From IMG/VR virus record IMGVR_UViG_3300032030_000025, positions 1 to 64,000 of that record: a stretch of 64,000 nt of DNA; one strand, 5' to 3'. A program made the translations under genes and the position numbers. Positions 40,057 to 51,055 of the stretch are shown here, in pieces. The stretch is from an uncultured virus (IMG/VR IMGVR_UViG_3300032030_000025). Taxonomy: Duplodnaviria > Heunggongvirae > Uroviricota > Caudoviricetes. Positions within the stretch are counted from its first letter, which is position 1, and the number at the start of each line of letters is the position of its first letter. A model generated the notes under the pieces. It did no database searches, was not told the origin of the DNA, and worked only from the letters and a program-made list of their open reading frames with translations.

Positions 40057-42837
40057 TTATTTTTTATCTTCTGCAAGTATTGTATTTTCTGCAATTTCGT
40101 TCTTTACTGCAAGAATCTCGAACATTCTGTCCATATATGTGTCTGTGAACTTCTGGTAATAAATCTTGCAATCCTTGTCTTGCCCTATCCTCAATATTCT
40201 GTATTCGGCTTGTTTGTTTTCTGCGGCAATGAATGAAATATTGTTGAATATTACAACCGAAGCCTCGTTGAGGTTTAGACCTACGCTTGCGCTTTGTAGG
40301 TTTCCTATGAACACAGTGCAGTTTGGGTCTGTCTTGAATTTGTTGTATGCCTCATCCTTTTTCTTTGGTGTCATTTTGCCGTTATATACAACGCACTTGT
40401 CCTTGAAGTGGTCTTGAAGTGTATATAATTCCTTGTCGAAGCAGCAGAATATTACAACTTTTCTTCCTTCATTCAATTCTTGTTCAGTAATTTTGATGGT
40501 ATTTTTTACCATAAGGTCGGCAAGAAGCTGTCTGAATATTGAGCTTTCTATAAGCTTGTGGTTCTGTATGAGTTTGGTTATATCCTTTTCTTCGTTATGA
40601 AGTATGAAGTCATTCCAAGCGTTTTCATAGTCAACCCTTTCTTGTGGGGATAGCTCATATTCGATTACCTTTCTTTCAGTACGTATTGATTTTAGTGTGT
40701 TTTCGCTTGTTTCCCTATAGTACAGATGCTTTATCCGTTCAGCAAGCTCGTCAAGGTTGCTTGCACCGTTTGTTAGCCATATTTTCTTGCAGTTCTTGTC
40801 AAGATATTTGTCCAAGTCATCCTTTTCTTTAATTGTCAAGTCGTACCACGAATCTTTCTGCACAGATTTCAAGAATTGTTTTGTGAAATAATCCCTTTCG
40901 TTCTTGTTTGGGATTATTTGTTTACCATCGCAGTATGTTTTTACGTAATTTATCCAATCCTTTGTAACATCGGCATCAATTAGCTTAAGTATATTGTAAA
41001 GATTTATTGGGTTATTCTTAACCATTGTACCAGTAAGCTCGAAAACCCCATCTGGTTTGCTTCGTTTTAGCAAGTCACTTACAATTTCATACATACCGCT
41101 ACTGTTGTTTGACAGTCTGTGTGCCTCATCGATGATTATTAGGTCGAATTTTGACTGAAACAATTGTGAATTGTCAAGAGATTCCTCTACAATTTCACTT
41201 TTTTCTGTCTTTACAATCTTTTCAACGGTTTTCCATTCGACTTTTCCGTCATCGGTATATACTTTTGTCTTGAATTTCTTGTTTACCTTTGGCACAACAT
41301 AGAAATTCTTCAGAATATCATAGTTGATGATGGTATATTTGTTCTCTTTCCATTTTGAACCTTCCACAATTGTTATATCATCAGATGGAACGAATCTTTC
41401 AATCTCCCTTTTCCAATTTGTTTTCAATGAAGATGGACAAATAACCAATATCTTGTTGTATTTTCCCTCTATTGATGCCACTATTGAGCATACTGTGTTG
41501 TGTGTAACAACATAATTTTCTGTTAAGAATGATTGGTCTTCAGAATCAACGCTGAAACATATTGCATTGCTTTCCCTTACGAGTCTTACATCAGTAATGT
41601 ATCTGTCAAATGGTTTTGCCTTTTGAGCAATTTCGTCATATTCCTTGTTTTTTTGTTCGTCAGCAAAAGGATTGAACATTGTCATTAAATTTATTTCAAC
41701 ACAATCCTCCTTATTTTCAAGCATTGCAATTCCACCAAGCGAATTAACAAGCATTCTAATGTCGTGGGCTATGTTTTTTGATTTCGTCTCGTATTTTATG
41801 AATGCCTTTTTGTCGAAAGTTGCTTTTCCATCCAATATACCAGCCAAAAGTTCAAGCCTTTGCTGTACAGAACCGCACAAATATACTTCTGGTATTCTAC
41901 GTTTTTCCCAAGATGCCTCATCAGCTACATTTTCGTTTGAATCTATGAGTTTTCCCATTGCAAAAGGTGGGAACAAGTATTTTCTTTCCTCATATTCAGA
42001 TGGTCTACACATTGGAATCCTCCAACAGTTCTTGTTTGGGTTGTTTTTTGGGTGAATACCGCTTTTAAGGATGCCTTTAAGTGAAATAACCTCCCAATTC
42101 TTTCTTGTATCTCTCTTTGCAATCCACAAGTGTTCGAGACCGCAGTTTACTTTCAGACCGTCATTGAATGTTATTTCATATATATCCTTGATACCTTGTG
42201 GGTATCTTCCGATTATCTTTGTTGGCAAGCCATATGAAGAGAACATGTAGTCACCAACTTGCAATGTGTCAGCCCTTCTGAATCCGTTTGGCGTAGGAAG
42301 CATTGTGTTGGCATCAATTTCCTTTCCCATTCCCATATCGAGTGAAACTATTCCCTTTTTACGTGAAAGTAGGAACTTTATTGCGTTCTTTTGGTGCTCT
42401 TTGATGGTTATTTTGCCCATTTCGTCATATTTCTTGAAGTCAACGTCCAAAGACTTGAAGTCTTCAACGAACAGAGGTGCAAGTATAGCTGTTTTAGGTA
42501 CAAAAAGCTGCAAAATCTCTGGTTGACTTCTTCTGTATAGAATAGACATATGATATGTGTTTTCTGTTTCACCGAAAACGTATCCTATGTACAACTTTTC
42601 TGGTACAAATTCAATGTTATATTCATTTTTAAGCTTTTCACCGTACCATTTTGCTATTTTAACAGTCTTGTTGTAGAAAATAGGGTCTTTTTCATATGAA
42701 TTGAGTATATATTCCACTTCAAAGTTAGTCAAAGGTGTTTTTGTTTTTCTTTTGAGTTGTTTTATCAGTGGATTTGCACCATTATAACTCTTTAGAATGT
42801 CATATGCTTTATTTACTTTTAATATACTGTCTGCCAT
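40057..42837 (-). CDS. SNF2/SF2 helicase-like ATPase containing an intein
   Basis: LDMGMGK|T, LVICPSSL, IIIDEAH, LTGT, SVGLNL, QAEYRILRIGQ. Confidence 0.9.
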   Translation of the reverse strand: MADSILKVNKAYDILKSYNGANPLIKQLKRKTKTPLTNFEVEYILNSYEKDPIFYNKTVKIAKWYGEKLKNEYNIEFVPEKLYIGYVFGETENTYHMSILYRRSQPEILQLFVPKTAILAPLFVEDFKSLDVDFKKYDEMGKITIKEHQKNAIKFLLSRKKGIVSLDMGMGKEIDANTMLPTPNGFRRADTLQVGDYMFSSYGLPTKIIGRYPQGIKDIYEITFNDGLKVNCGLEHLWIAKRDTRKNWEVISLKGILKSGIHPKNNPNKNCWRIPMCRPSEYEERKYLFPPFAMGKLIDSNENVADEASWEKRRIPEVYLCGSVQQRLELLAGILDGKATFDKKAFIKYETKSKNIAHDIRMLVNSLGGIAMLENKEDCVEINLMTMFNPFADEQKNKEYDEIAQKAKPFDRYITDVRLVRESNAICFSVDSEDQSFLTENYVVTHNTVCSIVASIEGKYNKILVICPSSLKTNWKREIERFVPSDDITIVEGSKWKENKYTIINYDILKNFYVVPKVNKKFKTKVYTDDGKVEWKTVEKIVKTEKSEIVEESLDNSQLFQSKFDLIIIDEAHRLSNNSSGMYEIVSDLLKRSKPDGVFELTGTMVKNNPINLYNILKLIDADVTKDWINYVKTYCDGKQIIPNKNERDYFTKQFLKSVQKDSWYDLTIKEKDDLDKYLDKNCKKIWLTNGASNLDELAERIKHLYYRETSENTLKSIRTERKVIEYELSPQERVDYENAWNDFILHNEEKDITKLIQNHKLIESSIFRQLLADLMVKNTIKITEQELNEGRKVVIFCCFDKELYTLQDHFKDKCVVYNGKMTPKKKDEAYNKFKTDPNCTVFIGNLQSASVGLNLNEASVVIFNNISFIAAENKQAEYRILRIGQDKDCKIYYQKFTDTYMDRMFEILAVKNEIAENTILAEDKK
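41497..42321 (-). mobile_element. Class 3 intein (275 aa) in the Walker A motif, with a degenerate LAGLIDADG endonuclease
   Basis: Inserted GK/T; starts EIDANTMLPTPNG; block B NCGLEHLW, block F AICFSVD, block G VVTHN|T; LLAGILDGKA. Confidence 0.85.
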
Positions 42838-42913
42838 ATTGTTTTTATATAAAAAATAAATAATTAAACAAAAAAAACAATCTATTTATAGTAAAATGCG
42901 ATAATTTTTATAT

Positions 42914-43666
42914 ATGAAATATATAATCAATGAGAATCAATACCAGTTATTGAAGGAATATATGCAAGATGGTTTTTCATATGAAACACTTAGCTCATTA
43001 CCAACATCGAATAAGAAGTATAAATATTGCTGTAAGTATTTGGGTGAACCAGTTGGAAGGGGTATTGCTCGTGCTGTATTCGATGTGGATGAAGAGACTG
43101 TATTGAAAATCAATATTAGTAGTTATCACGATAATTCAAATCAAAATGAATGGAACAACGTTGCTAAATTGGCTGCTAAATTTGATATTTTCCCAAAATA
43201 TTATAAACATGCCGATGATTTTTCTTGGATAACTTGTGAGAGTGTACTTCCTATGGATATGGCAGATTGCGAAGTTATATTAGGTATTCCATTTTGCACA
43301 GATAGTCATTCGGAGATATATGGATGGAATCCAGATTATGAGAAATATATTGTAAATGAAGTACGTGATAACGTAACGTTGGAGGGTTTTATATGGTGGG
43401 CAGAACAAAGAGCTTGGCATTCTAACAATTTAGGCGGCAAATTGGAAATGATTTTCAAGCATTTTACTGATAAGGAAATAAGGAAAATAAACCTTAAGTT
43501 TATGGCACTAATGAAAGGTCCAAATGGAAAATGGTTCAAAGATTTATATAAATATATTATAATGACTGGTGGTAGTTCTGACTTGCATAAAGGTAATTTC
43601 GGTATGGCAAGAAGAAACGGCAAGGAAGTATTGGTAATAATTGATAGTGGTAATAAACCTATTTGA
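42914..43666 (+). CDS. Protein-kinase-fold protein
   Basis: VGRGIARAVF, VLKI, NQNE, SDLHKGNFG, VIIDSG. Confidence 0.7.
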   Translation: MKYIINENQYQLLKEYMQDGFSYETLSSLPTSNKKYKYCCKYLGEPVGRGIARAVFDVDEETVLKINISSYHDNSNQNEWNNVAKLAAKFDIFPKYYKHADDFSWITCESVLPMDMADCEVILGIPFCTDSHSEIYGWNPDYEKYIVNEVRDNVTLEGFIWWAEQRAWHSNNLGGKLEMIFKHFTDKEIRKINLKFMALMKGPNGKWFKDLYKYIIMTGGSSDLHKGNFGMARRNGKEVLVIIDSGNKPI

Positions 43667-43667
43667 T

Positions 43668-44213
43668 ATGGAGACAATTAAGAAATTTAGAGACGAGAGA
43701 CAGATTCCAATCAACAGAAACAATATGTTCTATTCAGAGCAAGACTATTTGTTCGAATTGGAAATAGGAAAGAACTACTTGGAGGAAGATGTAAATCAGA
43801 CTTTGATATTGTACCAAGTTGACTTGGAGAAGACAAACCTTGATGCCACATATGTTGAATCCAAGAGTGATGCAATAGTGTATAAGCCGCCAGTTGAACT
43901 TCATTGTCTATATACTGTGGAAGAACCAGAGCTTATGAGCTATGAGAAGAACAAGAACTTGGGAACTTATGTGAAGAGTGGAAAGCTCAAATTCGGTGTC
44001 TTTCAAGCGACTCTTGACGAATTGGGCTGTGACATAAAGATTGGGGATTATATAGGTGTGGTTGTTTCGAATACCCACATAGAGTATTATACAGTTACTA
44101 ATGACGGTAGAAACAATTTCAACAACGCTAGAACTACATTCGGCTACAAGTCTTCGTACAGAAGCATTGAAGCCGCACCAGTATCAAGTGAAAATGAATT
44201 TAACGGAAAATAA
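43668..44213 (+). CDS. Putative neck/head-closure protein
   Basis: ILYQVD...LDATYVE...PPVEL...KIGDYI layout and position before the terminator and sheath genes. Confidence 0.5.
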   Translation: METIKKFRDERQIPINRNNMFYSEQDYLFELEIGKNYLEEDVNQTLILYQVDLEKTNLDATYVESKSDAIVYKPPVELHCLYTVEEPELMSYEKNKNLGTYVKSGKLKFGVFQATLDELGCDIKIGDYIGVVVSNTHIEYYTVTNDGRNNFNNARTTFGYKSSYRSIEAAPVSSENEFNGK

Positions 44214-44224
44214 ATACAAAAGAG

Positions 44225-45400
44225 ATGATTATACAACCAAAACCATATTTAAGTAACTTTAGGATGAGGAAGAAGGCTATTGGAAAGGAACGTAGGTTGA
44301 ATATGGACAAGATTATCCTTGAAAAGGGTACACCATTTCCATTGTATACTGAACTGTCCGACATAGACAATTCATTCAACGAATGGGTGAACAGTCTTGA
44401 AGTTTCTTATGATGGCAAGCTTCTTCCAATATTCAAGCTTTTCAGCAACCAGAGGATAGGAGAATATTCACAGACTTGGAAGCACTTGGACGAGGTTGGA
44501 AACCCACTGCTCAACTTTTTTGCAGTCACAAGGGAAAACAACCCAAAGCAAGGTAGAAACCAAGGGGGTATGTTCAATATTCCTGGAGACAGAGATTATC
44601 CTATGTTCTTGGTTCCAAGCCTTTTGGAGAACGGTGAAGAGGCATATGATATGTATTCTATGAAGCAGCCGTTTTGTGTGGACTTGATTTATTCTCTGAC
44701 CCTTATAACCAACAAGTATGAGCTGTTGAACGATGTGAATCAGAAGATACTTAATGAATTCAAGGCATTGGAATGCTATATTGCACCAAATGGGCATTAT
44801 ATGCCAATGAAGCTTGAGGATATTTCAGACGAGTCAGAGAATGCGATAGATGATAGGAAATACTATTCACAGACGTATAAGATAAACTTGCTTGGCTACA
44901 TCATAAGGAAGGAGGACTTCAAGGTGACTAAGCTTCCAACAAGGGTTATCGGAAGAGTTTTAGGATGGAACAACAATAAGAAGGAAAAAAAGGCAGAAGT
45001 AAAAGTGATAGAGGATTACGAGGAAGAACTTTCGTGCTGCAACATAAGGGAGAAGGAACAGCCGAGATATGTGAACAAGAAGATTAAATTGGAAATTAAT
45101 TTCCCAATTTGCACTTTTATTGCAAAGTTCGACATAGATGTTGATTTTTCAGTTACAGATATTGTTACGAACAATGTATATGACTTTGTTATGAAGATTA
45201 ACGAGGAATATGTGAATCTTGAAGAAGAGATTAATATTTATAGTGGAGACACTATATATATAGAGGTCGAACGAGACGATAAGATGAAAACCGCTTCGAT
45301 TTCCTTGAATGGAATTTCAGAGGAAATGGTAGACTCTGAAGATAAGGAATCCGTTACGGATGAGGAACCAATCGAAGAGGACATCATTTATAATGCATAA
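44225..45400 (+). CDS. Putative tail terminator/sheath stabiliser (gp15-like)
   Basis: LSDIDNSF...QPFCVDLIYSL..T...LNDVNQKI...YSQTYKINLLGY; position upstream of the sheath. Confidence 0.5.
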   Translation: MIIQPKPYLSNFRMRKKAIGKERRLNMDKIILEKGTPFPLYTELSDIDNSFNEWVNSLEVSYDGKLLPIFKLFSNQRIGEYSQTWKHLDEVGNPLLNFFAVTRENNPKQGRNQGGMFNIPGDRDYPMFLVPSLLENGEEAYDMYSMKQPFCVDLIYSLTLITNKYELLNDVNQKILNEFKALECYIAPNGHYMPMKLEDISDESENAIDDRKYYSQTYKINLLGYIIRKEDFKVTKLPTRVIGRVLGWNNNKKEKKAEVKVIEDYEEELSCCNIREKEQPRYVNKKIKLEINFPICTFIAKFDIDVDFSVTDIVTNNVYDFVMKINEEYVNLEEEINIYSGDTIYIEVERDDKMKTASISLNGISEEMVDSEDKESVTDEEPIEEDIIYNA

Positions 45401-45767
45401 GTTTATGACACTAAAGGAAATAATACAACAAGAAGAGAAACTGTTGAAGATTGATGACAAGTACAAGCACAAGCTTACATTCAACGAGGTCGTAAGACTG
45501 AAGGGATATATGCGAAAGGTTGGTGAGATAACCAACATCTACTTTGAATTGATAAACAGTTATCACAAGGATATTGCATATCCAACATCTGGCAGCGTAT
45601 CAACATCTGATATTGTAAACGACATGTATGATTACAACGACTTGCTTCAACAGAGCGAAGTTGACACGGATTTGATAAATATGACAGAAATTATTGGATT
45701 TATAAATATTATTTCTGAAAAATATTCTATAGTTTTTAATTTGGAAAGTAAAACTATTGAAAATTGA
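45393..45767 (+). CDS. Hypothetical protein
   Basis: ATG at 45393, coupled to the upstream stop. Confidence 0.6.
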   Translation: MHKFMTLKEIIQQEEKLLKIDDKYKHKLTFNEVVRLKGYMRKVGEITNIYFELINSYHKDIAYPTSGSVSTSDIVNDMYDYNDLLQQSEVDTDLINMTEIIGFINIISEKYSIVFNLESKTIEN

Positions 45768-45828
45768 AAAGTATTTATAATTAAATAACAAGAAGATAAT
45801 TAATTTTTTTAAATAAATAAACATAACT

Positions 45829-48800
45829 ATGGCAGACAATGCAAGAAAGACACATGTATCACCAGGTGTATATTCAAGGGAAATTGACCTTAATTATGCA
45901 GTAAAAAGCCTTGGTTTGACAACACTTGGTGTTGCTGGCGAGACTCTTAAGGGTCCAGCCTTCCAACCAATGCTAATCGAGGATTGGGCGCGTTTCAAGG
46001 ACACCTTTGGTGGAACAAGTACAGAAAAATTCAAGGGAACACAGTACCCTAAATATGAATTGCCTTACATTGCAAAATCATATCTTACAGAATCCAAGCA
46101 ATTGGAGGTGTGCCGCGTATTGGGACTTAGCGGATACAACGCAGGTCCAGCTTGGGCTATCACAGCCAAGAGAGGTAGCAAGGATATGGTGATTGCAGTT
46201 ATTCGTTCAAGAGGTTATTACAACGCATACGAAAAGTATGAGGCAACCGCAGACGAATGTAGATGCGGTTTGGCAGCACATGACAAGTTACGTTACTATG
46301 TAGGTGAGTTGGAGCATGTGCCAGAGTGTGAAAAAGTAACACACTACAACCCAGCAGCATTGACAATACAGCCATATGTACCAATTGACGCAGTTGGTGA
46401 CGAATGTTCACAATACAACATTACAAGTGCTACATCTTCATTCAATGTTTCAGTCGGAAACTATGGCAAGTTTACACTTAGTGGCTCTACAGCAGTAAGT
46501 TCAGAATGGGGAGAAATGCCTTCTGAACAATTATTCAGATTCTCTGTATCATTGAACCCAGAAGATAATGACTATATCTTGAAGGTATTGGGTACTAGCC
46601 AATTTGATGGAGACACACCAATCTATGTGGAAACACTTTATGATGTTGCATTAATTCAAGGAATTAACGCTAGCGAAATTGACAAAATCAACAACAAGCT
46701 TGTCTTCTATGATGTTGCTTATGCAGCAGACTTGAATACAATTCCACCATTTGACGATTTCGTTGACAAACCTGGAGCAGTTTTTGCTAATAGCAACGGC
46801 AAGTGCTCTGCAAGACAAGGAAGTTTGACAAGAAGAGACCTTGGTAAGCGTTTCATGTATGCTGAAAACTTCTGTGACGTTAAGTCAAAGTATGTAAGGT
46901 TTACTGTTGAAAACGGTGGCATCAAGTATGAAACCGAAAATTGTACATATAATTGCCCAGATGGAAGCGGTGGAACAACGACTTGCACAGCATCAATCTT
47001 GAAGATGCGAGATATGGTTGATGGTGAAATCTACACTGTAAGAGCATATACAAACAACAGTGGAAAGAGATTCTATGTCTACACAAGACCAGATGACTTT
47101 GACAAGTTGATTTCAGAGGCAGTTGATTATGCTAAAACAGAAATTTCAAGAGAATCTTTTGCAACTAGCGCCACAACCAACAACATTGTGCACAACAACA
47201 CTGTTATTGCAAAATGCAAGAAGGATGGCTTCTACTATACAAAGGGTGAAGGTAAGGTTGAAAAGGTTACTTGCGATTTGAACGATTACAAGTCAGCATA
47301 TAGATTTGCATCTACACCTTGGATTGTATCAAATGTGAAGGGTGACTATAACAATATCGACCTTTCAAGATTGTTCAGATTCCACACAATTTCTGATGGT
47401 GACAGCTCTAACAACGAGGTTAAGGTGTCAATTACCAATATTTTACCAGATGAAGGCTTGTTCAATGTTCAAGTCAGAGCTATATACGATACTGACGATT
47501 CTCCAATCGTGCTCGAAAGCTTCTCACGTTGTAACTTAGTTCCTGGAGACAAGAACTATGTAGCATTCAAGATTGGCTCTTATGATGGTGTTTATGAATC
47601 GAAGTCAAAGTATATCACAGTGGAGGTAAATGAGACATTGCCAACTAGAAATTCAGTACCAGCAGGTTTCTTGGGTTATCCTCTTGCTCACTTCAATGGT
47701 AATCCAATGGCAAAGGGTATGATAGTTTCAGTTGATTCGGCAGCTACTTCAACTGCAATTACAGTTGATAGTCAGAAGCCTATCGCTCCAATCATCAAGT
47801 ATAACTGTGATTATGATGAGGACATCAAGAATAGAAAGCAGTACTTCGGTTTGTCAGACTTGGTAGGTGTTGATGTCGATATGTTCACATTCAAGGGCAA
47901 TGCTGCATATGACAACGACCCATCAACAATCAGCAATGGTTTCCACCTTGACTGCCGTGTTGACCCACTTTCTTATGAGGATGGTAAGGTAACAGTTACC
48001 GTTGAAGGTGAATCGGGTTATACTTTCGATACCGTTTCAATCAACAACGTAACCGAGACACTTGAAAGCTTCCCAATTATAGCAACAGAAAGCGAAATGG
48101 ATGGAACAATCTACGAATATCAGAATTTGCGTAAGTTCACCGTTTACTTCTATGGAGGCTTCGATGGATGGGATGTTTACAGAGACTCTAGAACAAACAC
48201 AGATGAGTTTATGTACAGCAAGTATGAAGGACAGTATAACGAAAAGACTGGTGAAGGTTTTGCTTTCAACAAGATTGATAACCCAGACGTTCTTGGATTG
48301 AACCAAAAGGGTATTACCTCTGACTGGTATGCTTACTTGGCAGCAATTCGTAAGTTCGCAAACCCAGAAGAAACCGACATCAACGTATTCGCAACTCCAG
48401 GTATTGACTACGTTAACAACTTGAAGCTTGTCGAGGAAACAATCGAAATGCTTGAAGAGGAAAGAGCTGACTCAATCTACGTTGTTACAACACCAGATAA
48501 ACCAGCGGGTGCTGGAGATTACTTCGATGAAATGTATTCAGCAGAAGACGCAGTTGATAACCTCGAAGAATCGGAGATTGATAGCAACTACACTTGCACA
48601 TATTATCCTTGGGTTAAGTACTTCGATGTTGAGAATAACCAATACATCTTCTTACCAGCAACAAAGGATGCTGTAAGGGATATGGCACAGACTGATAATG
48701 TTGCTCATCCTTGGTTCGCACCAGCGGGTACAAACAGAGGTGATGTTGAATGCGTAAGCGCAAAGAAAATCACAAAGATTGGTGATGAGGATGTTCTTTA

Positions 48801-49203
48801 TGATGGAAGAATCAACCCAGTCAAGACTTTCGCAGCAGAAGGTGTAAAGCTTTGGGGTCAGAAGAACTTGCAGAAGAACGAGTCACAACTCAACAGAATC
48901 GCTGTCAGAAGGTTGCTTCTTAGAATGCGTAAGTTGGTTGCAATCGCTTGCCTTGGATTGATTTTCGAGCCAAACGATGCTACAACAAAGGCAAAGTTCT
49001 TGTCAACAGTTACTCCAATATTGGATAACATCAGAGCTAACAGAGGTATCAGTGACTACAAGATTGAGGTTGATGATTCACAAGAGGCAAGAGACAGAAG
49101 AGAGCTTCCAGCAAAGATTTTCTTCAAGCCATACAACGCATTAGAGTATATTCCGCTCGATTTTATTTTAACAGCAGAAGGTGTGTCATTTGACCAGATT
49201 TAA
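45829..49203 (+). CDS. Tail sheath protein 1
   Basis: SPGVYSREID, GETLKGP, YYPWV, PWFAPAG..RG, INPV, WGQKNL, VRRLL, FEPND. Confidence 0.95.
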   Translation: MADNARKTHVSPGVYSREIDLNYAVKSLGLTTLGVAGETLKGPAFQPMLIEDWARFKDTFGGTSTEKFKGTQYPKYELPYIAKSYLTESKQLEVCRVLGLSGYNAGPAWAITAKRGSKDMVIAVIRSRGYYNAYEKYEATADECRCGLAAHDKLRYYVGELEHVPECEKVTHYNPAALTIQPYVPIDAVGDECSQYNITSATSSFNVSVGNYGKFTLSGSTAVSSEWGEMPSEQLFRFSVSLNPEDNDYILKVLGTSQFDGDTPIYVETLYDVALIQGINASEIDKINNKLVFYDVAYAADLNTIPPFDDFVDKPGAVFANSNGKCSARQGSLTRRDLGKRFMYAENFCDVKSKYVRFTVENGGIKYETENCTYNCPDGSGGTTTCTASILKMRDMVDGEIYTVRAYTNNSGKRFYVYTRPDDFDKLISEAVDYAKTEISRESFATSATTNNIVHNNTVIAKCKKDGFYYTKGEGKVEKVTCDLNDYKSAYRFASTPWIVSNVKGDYNNIDLSRLFRFHTISDGDSSNNEVKVSITNILPDEGLFNVQVRAIYDTDDSPIVLESFSRCNLVPGDKNYVAFKIGSYDGVYESKSKYITVEVNETLPTRNSVPAGFLGYPLAHFNGNPMAKGMIVSVDSAATSTAITVDSQKPIAPIIKYNCDYDEDIKNRKQYFGLSDLVGVDVDMFTFKGNAAYDNDPSTISNGFHLDCRVDPLSYEDGKVTVTVEGESGYTFDTVSINNVTETLESFPIIATESEMDGTIYEYQNLRKFTVYFYGGFDGWDVYRDSRTNTDEFMYSKYEGQYNEKTGEGFAFNKIDNPDVLGLNQKGITSDWYAYLAAIRKFANPEETDINVFATPGIDYVNNLKLVEETIEMLEEERADSIYVVTTPDKPAGAGDYFDEMYSAEDAVDNLEESEIDSNYTCTYYPWVKYFDVENNQYIFLPATKDAVRDMAQTDNVAHPWFAPAGTNRGDVECVSAKKITKIGDEDVLYDGRINPVKTFAAEGVKLWGQKNLQKNESQLNRIAVRRLLLRMRKLVAIACLGLIFEPNDATTKAKFLSTVTPILDNIRANRGISDYKIEVDDSQEARDRRELPAKIFFKPYNALEYIPLDFILTAEGVSFDQI

Positions 49204-49286
49204 TTATGAATCTATATAACAAAAAAACTAGGGAAATTTTATTTTTCCTAGTTTTTTTTATATATTTGTATTAAAAGCAAAAAAAG

Positions 49287-50978
49287 ATGAAGATTGAAAG
49301 AATATGCCCTAATTGCGGAAAAAAATTTGAATGTCAGAGCAAGGGTGGTGGATTCAAAACATATTGTTGTAAAGAATGTTATATTGAACATAAAGGTATT
49401 GGAAAAAAGAAATTTGCAGAATGTTGCGTTTGTGGCAAGCAGTTTGAATTGGTTCATGGAAAGGGCAAAATGGTATGTTCAAATGAATGTCTTGGCTTGT
49501 TGAGAAAAAGGATTCTTTCAACAAAAGAAGAAGATAAACCAGTTTCTACTTGTCTAAATTGCGGAAAAACATTCAGATATGAAAAATACAAGTCATTAAG
49601 ACTTGAACTTATTCCAAAATTTTGCAATCAGGAATGTTATTTTGAATATTTGAAAACAAATTCTAAAAATGTTTTTGATAAAACTCCACAAAAGGAAAAG
49701 GCAAGGGAGATTGTGAAATGCGAAATGTGCGGAAAAGAATTCGAGAAATACAAGAAAACCGAAAAAAGGTTTTGTTCTGATGAATGCAGAAAGAAATACA
49801 TGGCGACAGACGAATACAAGAACAAAAGAAAAAGTACTATGCTTGCAAAATACGGGAAATTGTCTGTTGGAAATGGAGTTTCAGAGCAAAAGATTGAGGA
49901 ATATAGAATAGCAAGGGAAGCCAAATATAGGGATTTATGCGAGAAATCTGATTTGGATTTGATAGAATTTATTGAAAAGCACGTTTTGCTTGTGAAATGC
50001 AGAAAATGTGGCAAAACCTTTGTTACAAACAATTTGTCATATCTGTCATATGACCATATACCATGCAAGAATTGCAGTGATGAATATAAAGATTATAATC
50101 CGTCAATAAAGATATACGAACTGTTGGATTCTTTGGGTGTGAAATATTCCAAGAATGTTAGAGATATAATAAAGCCATATGAGATTGATATATATCTATA
50201 TGATTTCAATTTGGGTATAGAAGTAAATGGAAATTTTTGGCACAGTGAATTATGCGGAAAAGACAAGGAATACCATATCAGAAAAACAAGATTATGTGCT
50301 GAAAAGGGGATAAAGTTGATACACATCTTTGAAGATGAGATAGCAAAGAAATTTGATATTGTTGCAAGCAGATTGAAAAATCTTGTACATATGACTGAAA
50401 ACAAGATTTATGCAAGGAAATGCATCATAAGGGAAATACAATATTCTGAAAAACACGAATTTTTAAATAAAAACCATATTCAAGGTGATACAAACAGCAA
50501 AATCAATGTGGGGTTGTTTTTTGAAGATACGCTTGTTTCTGTTATGACATTTTCAAAGGAGAGAATCATTTACAAAAAAAGCGATGGTGAGGAAAATTAT
50601 GAATTGATAAGGTTTGCAAACATATTGAATACAAATGTAATAGGTTCGTTCAGCAAATTGCTAAAATATTTCATTGAGAAATACAAGCCTAAAAAGATAA
50701 CAACTTATGCAGATTCAAGATGGAGTTCAGTCATTCCAAATGGTTCTGTTTATGATGTAAACGGGTTTAAATATGATGGTCAGACAAAGCCAAATTATTG
50801 GTATATGCATAAAACAGATATGCTTGAAAGAAAGCATCGTTTCACCTATACAAAACAAAGGATATTGGAAAAGCATAATGAACTAGATTCGTCAAAAACA
50901 GAATGGGAGCTTATGCAATCATTAGGTTATAATAGAATTTGGGATTGTGGAAACATGAAATTCGTGATGTCCTTTTAA
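49287..50978 (+). CDS. Putative free-standing homing endonuclease (tandem zinc fingers + PD-(D/E)xK domain)
   Basis: Repeated CxxCGKxF...(Y/F)CSxxC; YEIDIY..GIEVNGNFWH..LIHIFEDE; YARKC, YAD.RWS, RIWDCG. Confidence 0.8.
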   Translation: MKIERICPNCGKKFECQSKGGGFKTYCCKECYIEHKGIGKKKFAECCVCGKQFELVHGKGKMVCSNECLGLLRKRILSTKEEDKPVSTCLNCGKTFRYEKYKSLRLELIPKFCNQECYFEYLKTNSKNVFDKTPQKEKAREIVKCEMCGKEFEKYKKTEKRFCSDECRKKYMATDEYKNKRKSTMLAKYGKLSVGNGVSEQKIEEYRIAREAKYRDLCEKSDLDLIEFIEKHVLLVKCRKCGKTFVTNNLSYLSYDHIPCKNCSDEYKDYNPSIKIYELLDSLGVKYSKNVRDIIKPYEIDIYLYDFNLGIEVNGNFWHSELCGKDKEYHIRKTRLCAEKGIKLIHIFEDEIAKKFDIVASRLKNLVHMTENKIYARKCIIREIQYSEKHEFLNKNHIQGDTNSKINVGLFFEDTLVSVMTFSKERIIYKKSDGEENYELIRFANILNTNVIGSFSKLLKYFIEKYKPKKITTYADSRWSSVIPNGSVYDVNGFKYDGQTKPNYWYMHKTDMLERKHRFTYTKQRILEKHNELDSSKTEWELMQSLGYNRIWDCGNMKFVMSF

Positions 50979-51055
50979 AAAATTAGGGTAATATATTTTT
51001 ATTACTCTAATTTTTTTTGCAAAGATAGTATATTTATAATAAAAAAAACAAGAAT

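Noticed and set aside
51020..51027. Minus-strand TATCTTTG promoter antisense to the endonuclease gene
   Set aside because: It runs straight into the terminator hairpin at ~50980-51018 and has no ORF downstream; probably a relic or chance match.
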